Shown: positions 41,078 to 48,706 of the stretch, one piece after another
How the letters are laid out: each line of letters begins with the position of its first letter
How positions within the stretch are numbered: the first letter of the stretch is position 1
Assembly: GCF_048265805.1 (NCBI RefSeq)
Contig: NZ_JBLXAT010000012.1
Span: 15,412 to 79,411, forward strand
Source of the DNA: Shewanella sp.
Lineage (GTDB): Bacteria; Pseudomonadota; Gammaproteobacteria; Enterobacterales; Shewanellaceae
DNA length: 64,000 nucleotides
Reading direction: 5' to 3'
Notes under the pieces: generated by a model
The model's database searches: none
Told to the model about the DNA's origin: nothing
The model's input: the letters and a program-made list of their open reading frames with translations, nothing else
Program-made: the position numbers and the translations under genes

Positions 41078-42213
41078 TGGCGGAAAATGAAGACGGACAG
41101 GAGAAGAGCGAAGAAGCCACCTCCCGAAGGCTTCAGGAGGCACGTGAGAAAGGTCAGGTGCCTCGTTCAAGAGACTTGGGTACCTCCGCCGTGTTGCTTG
41201 CAGCCGCATTAGGGTTAATTGCTGTTGGCCCGAGTTTGGCTAGCGGCTTGTCAGCGATCATGACGCAACTGTTTTCTATTCAACGTGACCAAATCTTTGA
41301 TACCAATAGCCTGTTCACCGTCTGGGGCGTTGTGGTTTCCGAAATTGGCATTCCGAGTCTCGGGTTTGTCGCGTTTTTAGCCTTAGTCTCATTCATCGGT
41401 AATATCGTGGTGGGCGGGATCAGTTTTAGTTCTCAGGCGATGATGCCTAAAGGCAGTAAGATGAATCCGCTTTCAGGCTTTAAGCGGATGTTTGGTTTGC
41501 AGGCGCTGGTAGAATTGACCAAAGGCATTGCCAAGTTTTCAGTGGTTGCACTATCCGCCTACTTTTTACTGTCATTCTACTTTCCAGATATCCTCAACCT
41601 GTCGCAAGACCATCTTCCTGGGAATCTGATGCATGCGATGAATATTCTATGGTGGATATTCATGCTGTTGTGTTGCTCGACTATTATCATTGTGATTATC
41701 GATGTGCCATATCAAATATGGAACCACAACAAACAGTTACGGATGACTAAACAAGAAGTTAAAGACGAATATAAAGACACGGAAGGTAAGCCTGAAGTGA
41801 AAGGTCGTATTCGTCAGTTGCAACGTGAAATAGCGCAGCGACGCATGATGGCCGAAGTACCCAAAGCCGACGTGATCGTAGTTAACCCTGAGCATTTTGC
41901 CGTGGCGGTGAAGTATGACGCCAAAAAGGCGGCTGCACCCTATGTGGTGGCGAAGGGCACTGATGACATCGCGTTTAAGATCCGTGAAATTGCCCGCGAG
42001 TACAATATTGCGATTGTGTCAGCCCCTTTGTTGGCGAGGGCGATTTACCATACCACTAAGCTAGAGCAGCAGATCCCTGATGGCTTGTTTACCGCGGTAG
42101 CGCAAGTGCTGGCCTACGTATTCCAGCTACGCCAGTATCAAAAAGGGCGTGGCCGCAAACCTACCCCCATTCCACTGAATCAACCCATTCCTGACGAGTA
42201 CAGAAAATACTAA
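41077..42213 (+). CDS. flhB: Export switch protein FlhB
   Basis: EEATSRRLQEAREKGQVPRSRDL, four TM segments, MTKQEVKDEYKDTEGKPEVKGRIRQLQRE, and the autocleavage loop VVNPEHFAVAVKY, which reads NPEH rather than the canonical NPTH. Confidence 0.95.
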   Translation: MAENEDGQEKSEEATSRRLQEAREKGQVPRSRDLGTSAVLLAAALGLIAVGPSLASGLSAIMTQLFSIQRDQIFDTNSLFTVWGVVVSEIGIPSLGFVAFLALVSFIGNIVVGGISFSSQAMMPKGSKMNPLSGFKRMFGLQALVELTKGIAKFSVVALSAYFLLSFYFPDILNLSQDHLPGNLMHAMNILWWIFMLLCCSTIIIVIIDVPYQIWNHNKQLRMTKQEVKDEYKDTEGKPEVKGRIRQLQREIAQRRMMAEVPKADVIVVNPEHFAVAVKYDAKKAAAPYVVAKGTDDIAFKIREIAREYNIAIVSAPLLARAIYHTTKLEQQIPDGLFTAVAQVLAYVFQLRQYQKGRGRKPTPIPLNQPIPDEYRKY

Positions 42214-42343
42214 CCTCGTCCCATGCCATGTTTTAACGGGTTTGGTTTGGCATAAAAGCGTATCGGCTTTGTCTGTATTGCTCGTAAGATGTGGATAGAC
42301 TCACCGGCGGTTATTAGTTAGATAATTCGGTTGTTTCCACTAT

Positions 42344-42359
42344 TGGCCTGAAGATTGCT
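42344..42359 (+). promoter_or_regulatory. Sigma-54 promoter for flhAFG-fliA-che
   Basis: TGGCCT-GAAGA-TTGCT. The predicted +1 is near 42370, which argues for the ATG at 42397 as the flhA start. Confidence 0.6.
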
Positions 42360-42396
42360 TTAAGCCGTTAAAGTGTCAATTCTCAGGCTGACGTTA

Positions 42397-44496
42397 ATGG
42401 ATGTAAAAGCAACTCTCGGGCAGTGGCGCCAGTTCCGACCTACTAAAGTGAAAGGGATCGGTACGCCGTTATTAGTGCTAGCTACGCTGGCAATGATTGT
42501 GCTGCCTATGCCAGCTTTCCTGCTGGATATCCTGTTTTCATTCAATATCGCCTTAGCGTTAGTCGTGCTGCTAGTCGCGGTTTACACTAATCGTCCGCTG
42601 GATTTTGCCGCGTTCCCCACCGTGCTTTTGGTCGCCACCTTGTTACGTTTGGCGTTGAACGTCGCCTCTACCCGTGTCGTGTTGCTGGAAGGCCATAACG
42701 GTGCGGGCGCTGCTGGTAAGGTGATTGAAGCGTTTGGCTCGGTAGTGATTGGTGGTAATTATGCGGTTGGTCTAGTGGTGTTCATGATTTTGATCATCAT
42801 TAACTTTGCCGTGGTAACCAAAGGTGCGGGCCGTATCTCTGAAGTTAGCGCCCGCTTTACCTTGGACGCGATGCCAGGCAAACAGATGGCAATTGATGCT
42901 GACCTGAACGCAGGCATTATTAACCAAGAGCAAGCACGGTTGCGCCGCCAAGAAGTGACCGCAGAAGCTGACTTTTACGGCTCAATGGACGGTGCGTCAA
43001 AATTTGTGAAAGGTGACGCCATTGCGGGGATCTTGATTTTGGTCATCAACATCCTCGGTGGCTTCATGATCGGTATGGTGCAGCATGGGTTAGATTTCTC
43101 TCAAGCAGTTGAAATCTACACACTACTGACTATCGGTGACGGTTTGGTGGCGCAAATCCCAGGTTTATTACTTTCTATCGCCGCGGCATTGATGGTGACA
43201 CGTCAAAACGAAAGTGGTGACATGGGCGAGCAGGTTGTGCAACAGATGTTTGACAACCCGAAAGCACTGATGATTGCGGCAGCGGTATTATTCGTTATGG
43301 GCATCGTGCCCGGCATGCCACATCTTGTATTTTTAGGGTTTGCGCTAGCAGCAGCCGGCGTTGCCTACTATATCAACCGCCGTAACGAGCAGAACAAGAC
43401 AACCGCACTAGAGCTGGCCAAGAATGGCCCAACTGAGAAAGCAAGTAATGAGCCTCGAGAGCTGAGCTGGGATGATGTGCGGCCGGTGGATACTGTTGGG
43501 CTTGAAGTGGGTTATCGCCTGATCCCCTTGGTTGACAAGGGGCAAGGTGGCGAGCTGCTGAGCCGTATCAAAGGTGTTCGTAAGAAATTATCGCAAGAAT
43601 TGGGCTTTTTGGTGCCCGCCGTTCATATTCGCGACAACCTCGATCTGGCGCCATCGGCTTATCGCATCTCGTTGATGGGCGTATCCTCCGGTGAGGCTGA
43701 AATCCGTCATGATTGTGAGTTAGCGATTAACCCAGGACAGGTGTTTGGTAAGCTGGATGGGGTTGAAACTAAAGACCCCGCCTTTGGCCTAGATGCCGTA
43801 TGGATCGCACCTGAGATGCGTGAACATGCACAAACGCTAGGTTATACCGTGGTTGATGCATCCACAGTGATTGCCACTCATTTAAGTCAACTGCTGACGA
43901 ACAACGCAGCCAAGCTGCTAGGGTACGAAGAGGTGCAGCAGCTGCTGGATATGCTATCAAAACGTGCGCCTAAGTTGGTGGATGGATTTGTTCCTGATAT
44001 CATGAGCTTAGCGACAGTTGTTAAAGTCATGCAGAACTTGCTTAACGAAGGCGTTTCTGTACGCGATTTACGCACCATTGTGCAAACTTTGCTGGAATAT
44101 GGACCTAAGAGCACCGACCCAGAGGTGTTGACCGCCGCCGTGCGTATCGCCTTGAAGCGGATGATCGTACAAGAAATTGCCGGTCCAGAAGCTGAAGTGC
44201 CTGTCATAACTTTGGCGCCAGAGTTGGAACAGATGTTGCATCAGTCAATGCAAGCGACAGGGGGCGATGGACCAAACATCGAACCAGGGCTTGCAGAGCG
44301 GATGCAAAGATCACTCGTTGACGCAGCGCAAAAGCAAGAAATGGTAGGGCAGCCAGCAATTTTGCTCACCTCCGGTATGTTACGTGCCACCCTGTCTCGT
44401 TTTGTTAAACATACGATTCCAAATTTACGAGTGATTTCTTATCAGGAAGTCCCGGATGAGAAACAGATTCGAATTGTGGCGGCAGTTGGCCAGTAG
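42397..44496 (+). CDS. flhA: Export gate protein FlhA
   Basis: GTPLLVLATLAMIVLPMPAFLLD, RFTLDAMPGKQMAIDADL, FYGSMDGASKFVKGDAIAG, and a large cytoplasmic C-domain. Confidence 0.95.
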   Translation: MDVKATLGQWRQFRPTKVKGIGTPLLVLATLAMIVLPMPAFLLDILFSFNIALALVVLLVAVYTNRPLDFAAFPTVLLVATLLRLALNVASTRVVLLEGHNGAGAAGKVIEAFGSVVIGGNYAVGLVVFMILIIINFAVVTKGAGRISEVSARFTLDAMPGKQMAIDADLNAGIINQEQARLRRQEVTAEADFYGSMDGASKFVKGDAIAGILILVINILGGFMIGMVQHGLDFSQAVEIYTLLTIGDGLVAQIPGLLLSIAAALMVTRQNESGDMGEQVVQQMFDNPKALMIAAAVLFVMGIVPGMPHLVFLGFALAAAGVAYYINRRNEQNKTTALELAKNGPTEKASNEPRELSWDDVRPVDTVGLEVGYRLIPLVDKGQGGELLSRIKGVRKKLSQELGFLVPAVHIRDNLDLAPSAYRISLMGVSSGEAEIRHDCELAINPGQVFGKLDGVETKDPAFGLDAVWIAPEMREHAQTLGYTVVDASTVIATHLSQLLTNNAAKLLGYEEVQQLLDMLSKRAPKLVDGFVPDIMSLATVVKVMQNLLNEGVSVRDLRTIVQTLLEYGPKSTDPEVLTAAVRIALKRMIVQEIAGPEAEVPVITLAPELEQMLHQSMQATGGDGPNIEPGLAERMQRSLVDAAQKQEMVGQPAILLTSGMLRATLSRFVKHTIPNLRVISYQEVPDEKQIRIVAAVGQ

Positions 44497-44508
44497 GAGT
44501 AAGCAACA

Positions 44509-45909
44509 GTGAAAATTAAACGTTTTTTTGCCAAAGATATGCGTACTGCTCTGGCGCAAGTAAAAGACACTTTGGGGGCTGATGCGGTCATTATGTCGAA
44601 CAAAAAAGTCACCGGTGGCATCGAGATTGTCGCTGCTGTCGACTATGACGAGCCGCAAGCTGCAGCAACTCCTGCGCCGCATAGCAGTGCTGTGTTTCCT
44701 GAACTCAGTGATGACAAAGTATCTATTGGTCATGTGAAGACGGAATCTCGCCCGGCTGCGGCCACCGCTCCAGCGCCCGATTCGCTGCAAGCGTTATTAG
44801 AGCGTCAACACGCCCGTTTACATAAGCAGATTAACGAACACAATAGCCAACAATCTGCGGCAGTTGATACGCCAGCTTGGGCAATGGGATTAGATAAGCC
44901 GCAACCTGCACCAGCGCGTGCACCACATGAACCGATTTCAGTTGGCGGAGGAGCCAACAAACAGCATAATGCTCGCCAGCAACAAGAATTAGAATCTATG
45001 CGCGAAGAGTTGGCGTCTATCCGCAATTTATTGACGCATCAAGTAAATGTGTTGATGAAAGATCAAAAAAATCGTGCCAATCCCGTCGGCGCGATGTTGG
45101 AACGCAAGTTATTGGAAGCTGAGTTTTCCCCTGAAGTTTCCAGCAAATTGGCTTCATTAAGTGAACACTACACACCTGCTGACTTGGTGAGAGCGTTACC
45201 GCAATCCTTAGCGAACTTGCTCGATAACAAGGGCGATGATGTGGTGCGTCAAGGGGGCATTGTTGCGTTAGTTGGGCCAACCGGTGTGGGGAAAACCACC
45301 ACTTTGGCGAAAATTGCAGCACGATTTGTGGCGCATCACGGTCCAGACTCAGTTGTGTTAATTACCACCGACCATTATCGCATTGGAGCCTTTGAGCAAT
45401 TAGCAACTTATGGCAAGATAATGGGGTGTCCAGTAAAACAAGCCAATGATCTTAAAGAGTTGGAGCAAATTGTCTATCAATACCGCAATCGTAAATTGGT
45501 ACTGATCGATACCGCCGGAATGGGGCAACGAGATATGAGATTGTGCGAACAACTCGACAGTCTTACCGCCAACTCCCGTCTGCCGATTCGCAGTTATTTG
45601 GTGATGTCAGCCACTGGACAACGTCGAGTGTTGGAAGAAGCCGTCGCGCATTTTCAACGAATTCCGCTAGCCGGCGCAATTTTGACTAAACTCGATGAAT
45701 CCGTTTCTTTAGGTGCAGCATTGAGTGTATTGATTCAAAGTGGGTTATCATTGAGTTATGTCACAGATGGACAACGCGTACCAGAAGACATGCAAGTTGC
45801 TGATACACTGTCACTGGCAAAACAAGCACTTGCCGTGTTAAATAAGCCAGCAACAGCAGAGTTCAACCCTAAAGCCAGGTCACCAGAAATGACCTACGCA
45901 TTTGAGTAA
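44509..45909 (+). CDS. flhF: SRP-type GTPase FlhF (controls flagellar placement)
   Basis: MKIKRFFAKDMRTALAQVKDTLGADAVIMS, then G1 LVGPTGVGKTTTLAK, DTAGMGQRD and TKLDES. GTG start. Confidence 0.95.
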   Translation: MKIKRFFAKDMRTALAQVKDTLGADAVIMSNKKVTGGIEIVAAVDYDEPQAAATPAPHSSAVFPELSDDKVSIGHVKTESRPAAATAPAPDSLQALLERQHARLHKQINEHNSQQSAAVDTPAWAMGLDKPQPAPARAPHEPISVGGGANKQHNARQQQELESMREELASIRNLLTHQVNVLMKDQKNRANPVGAMLERKLLEAEFSPEVSSKLASLSEHYTPADLVRALPQSLANLLDNKGDDVVRQGGIVALVGPTGVGKTTTLAKIAARFVAHHGPDSVVLITTDHYRIGAFEQLATYGKIMGCPVKQANDLKELEQIVYQYRNRKLVLIDTAGMGQRDMRLCEQLDSLTANSRLPIRSYLVMSATGQRRVLEEAVAHFQRIPLAGAILTKLDESVSLGAALSVLIQSGLSLSYVTDGQRVPEDMQVADTLSLAKQALAVLNKPATAEFNPKARSPEMTYAFE

Positions 45910-45913
45910 TGTT

Positions 45914-46795
45914 ATGACCCGGGACCAAGCGAGCGGTTTACGAAAAATGAATCAGGAATATAACGACAAAGTTAAAGTAATAGCCGTTACTGGTGGCAAA
46001 GGTGGGGTTGGTAAAACAAGCGTCTCCATCAATACGGCCGTTGCATTGGCAGAAAAGGGCAAGCGCGTTATCGTGCTTGATGCTGACCTTGGACTGGCAA
46101 ACGTGGATGTGATGTTGGGCCTTCGTGCCGAACGTAACTTATCTCATGTGTTGTCGGGCGAAGCTGAGTTAGACGACATCATTGTGCGTGGTCCTAAAGG
46201 CATTGGAATTATTCCTGCCACGTCGGGAACCCAATCTATGGTGGAACTCAGCCAAGCGCAGCATGCTGGACTCATCCGCGCCTTTAGCGAAATGAAAACC
46301 CAATTTGATGTGTTGATTGTCGACACCGCCGCCGGGATTTCCGACATGGTGTTGAGCTTCTCACGTGCCTCGCAAGACGTTTTGGTGGTAGTGTGCGATG
46401 AACCCACTTCAATTACCGACGCCTACGCGCTGATCAAAATCCTCAGCCGCGAACATGGCGTGTTCCGTTTTAAAATTGTGGCCAATATGGTGCGCAGTCT
46501 CCGTGAAGGTATGGAGCTGTTTGCCAAGCTAAGTAAAGTGACTGATCGCTTCTTAGATGTGGCATTAGAGCTCGTGGCAACAATTCCTTTCGATGAAAAC
46601 TTGCGAAAATCAGTACGTAAGCAAAAATTGATTGTAGAGGCGTTTCCTAAATCGCCTGCCAGCATTGCTTATCATGGCTTAGCAAACAAAGTGATTAGCT
46701 GGCCAGTACCGCAGCAGCCCGGCGGACATCTCGAGTTCTTTGTCGAGCGCTTGGTGAAAAAACCAGACTATCAAGAGGAAGGTGCGAGTGAATAA
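45914..46795 (+). CDS. flhG: MinD-type ATPase FlhG/FleN (controls flagellar number)
   Basis: Deviant Walker A GGKGGVGKTS and DQASGLRKM. I preferred the ATG at 45914 over the TTG at 45902. Confidence 0.9.
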   Translation: MTRDQASGLRKMNQEYNDKVKVIAVTGGKGGVGKTSVSINTAVALAEKGKRVIVLDADLGLANVDVMLGLRAERNLSHVLSGEAELDDIIVRGPKGIGIIPATSGTQSMVELSQAQHAGLIRAFSEMKTQFDVLIVDTAAGISDMVLSFSRASQDVLVVVCDEPTSITDAYALIKILSREHGVFRFKIVANMVRSLREGMELFAKLSKVTDRFLDVALELVATIPFDENLRKSVRKQKLIVEAFPKSPASIAYHGLANKVISWPVPQQPGGHLEFFVERLVKKPDYQEEGASE

Positions 46796-47507
46796 AGTGG
46801 CTGCGTATGCTGGAGCAAATGATAAGACGCTTATCGTTGAGCAGTATGCGCCACTGGTTAAACGCATAGCACATCACATGCTAGCGAGATTACCTGCATC
46901 CGTGCAGTTAGATGACCTTATTCAGGCGGGGATGATCGGCTTGCTGGAAGCCGCGGCGAAATACGACGGTGGTAAAGGGGCAAAGTTTGAAACTTTTGCT
47001 GGTATCCGTATTCGCGGCTCGATGATTGACGAAATTCGTCGCGGTGATTGGGTACCGCGTTCGGTGCACCGCAATCAACGGATGATCTCTCAAGTCATTG
47101 ATGAACTCGAACAGCAACTCGGACGCGATGCCCGCGATGCAGAAATTGCCGAGCGACTTAATATCTCGTTGGATGAATATCATCACATACTAACAGATGT
47201 ATCTGCTGGTAAAATTATTGGAATTGAAGATCTTGGCGTATCTCCTGACGTTGTGATTTCAGAAGATATGACCGAAAATGATACCTATGAGAGTTTGGCC
47301 AATGGTCAGTTTCAAGTAGCGCTGACCGAAGCAATAAAACAAATACCCGAAAGAGAAGCGCTGGTGCTATCGCTCTACTATGATGAAGCTCTCAACTTAA
47401 AAGAAATCGGTGCGATTTTGGAAGTGAGTGAGTCTAGGGTGAGTCAGATCCATAGCCAAGCGATGCTTAGACTAAAAGCCAAGCTCAAACATTGGGCCCA
47501 GATATAA
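46788..47507 (+). CDS. fliA: Flagellar sigma factor FliA (sigma-28)
   Basis: YAPLVKRIAHHMLARLPASVQLDDLIQAGMIGLLEAAAKYD, with region 4.2 LNLKEIGAILEVSESRVSQIHSQA. The GTG at 46788 follows a GAGGAAGG ribosome-binding site. Confidence 0.9.
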   Translation: MNKVAAYAGANDKTLIVEQYAPLVKRIAHHMLARLPASVQLDDLIQAGMIGLLEAAAKYDGGKGAKFETFAGIRIRGSMIDEIRRGDWVPRSVHRNQRMISQVIDELEQQLGRDARDAEIAERLNISLDEYHHILTDVSAGKIIGIEDLGVSPDVVISEDMTENDTYESLANGQFQVALTEAIKQIPEREALVLSLYYDEALNLKEIGAILEVSESRVSQIHSQAMLRLKAKLKHWAQI

Positions 47508-47553
47508 AATTAATTGTGAGCCATAGATAATTGCTAGCTCAGTGGAGGAAACC

Positions 47554-47937
47554 TTGGACAAGAATATGAAGATTCTTATTGTTGATGACTTTTCAACGAT
47601 GAGACGCATCATCAAGAACTTGCTGCGAGATTTGGGGTTTAATAACACTCAAGAAGCAGATGATGGATCAACAGCATTGCCGATGTTGCAAAAAGGAGAC
47701 TTTGATTTTGTCGTCACTGACTGGAACATGCCAGGTATGCAAGGTATTGACTTGCTGAAAGCTATTCGGGCCGATGAGCACCTCAAAAACATTCCTGTAT
47801 TGATGGTGACAGCAGAAGCCAAACGTGAGCAGATTATCGCCGCAGCTCAAGCGGGCGTAAACGGCTATGTCGTTAAGCCTTTCACAGCAGCCACACTCAA
47901 AGAGAAGTTAGATAAGATCTTTGAACGTCTTGGTTGA
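47554..47937 (+). CDS. cheY: Chemotaxis response regulator CheY
   Basis: [25 protein letters not shown]...[12 protein letters not shown]...[12 protein letters not shown]. The start is ambiguous: TTG 47554, which has a GGAGGA ribosome-binding site, or ATG 47566. Confidence 0.9.
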   Translation: MDKNMKILIVDDFSTMRRIIKNLLRDLGFNNTQEADDGSTALPMLQKGDFDFVVTDWNMPGMQGIDLLKAIRADEHLKNIPVLMVTAEAKREQIIAAAQAGVNGYVVKPFTAATLKEKLDKIFERLG

Positions 47938-47950
47938 TTGGAGTGATGCT

Positions 47951-48691
47951 ATGAAAGCAGAAACATCCAAGCTCATTACGCTTGAGCAAGCGCAACAATT
48001 GGTGGAACTATTACAGGCTGGTCAGCAAGAGCAAGCTGATGAAATGCTAAGAGAGTTAGCACAGCCCATTCAAAAAGAGCTTTTCGATGAAGTTGGCAAG
48101 TTAACTCGACAACTCCATAACGCCTTAGTTGATTTTCAGTTGGATAATCGACTGGTGGAACTGGCCAACACTGATATTCCTGACGCAAAAGAGCGCCTGA
48201 CTTACGTTATTGATATGACGGAGCAGGCCGCGAATAAAACCATGGACGCGGTAGAGGAATGCTTACCCTTATCTGACGCGTTGAATAGCAATTTAGCTTC
48301 AGTTAAACCCACTTGGGACAAACTGATGCGACGCGACATTTCATTACAAGATTTTAAAGGGTTATGTCACGACGTACAGCATTTTATGGGGCAATGCGAA
48401 GCCGATTCTAATCGGTTACGTCAGTTGCTTAACGAGATCCTGATGGCGCAAGACTTCCAAGACCTTACCGGCCAAATGATTCGCCGAGTGATCGATTTAG
48501 TCAAAGAAGTTGAATTGAGCCTAGTTTCTATGCTGACCGTGTTTGGTGATCAGGCTGAAGATGTAATTGATACGCCTATCAGAATGGGCGGTATTGAGGC
48601 TGAAGGGCCTATTATTAATGCGGATACTCGTCAAGATGTTGTGACTGGACAAGACGAAGTTGATGATTTGTTATCCAGCTTGGGATTCTGA
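47951..48691 (+). CDS. cheZ: CheY-P phosphatase CheZ
   Basis: The catalytic-region motif MAQDFQDLTGQMIRRV and the C-terminal CheY-binding peptide GQDEVDDLLSSLGF. Confidence 0.9.
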   Translation: MKAETSKLITLEQAQQLVELLQAGQQEQADEMLRELAQPIQKELFDEVGKLTRQLHNALVDFQLDNRLVELANTDIPDAKERLTYVIDMTEQAANKTMDAVEECLPLSDALNSNLASVKPTWDKLMRRDISLQDFKGLCHDVQHFMGQCEADSNRLRQLLNEILMAQDFQDLTGQMIRRVIDLVKEVELSLVSMLTVFGDQAEDVIDTPIRMGGIEAEGPIINADTRQDVVTGQDEVDDLLSSLGF

Positions 48692-48706
48692 TAAGGAGTC
48701 ATTTTA

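Noticed and set aside
42248-42263. TGGCAT-AAAAG-CGTAT upstream of flhA.
   Set aside because: It lacks the essential GC at -12. The better motif at 42344-42359 is reported instead.
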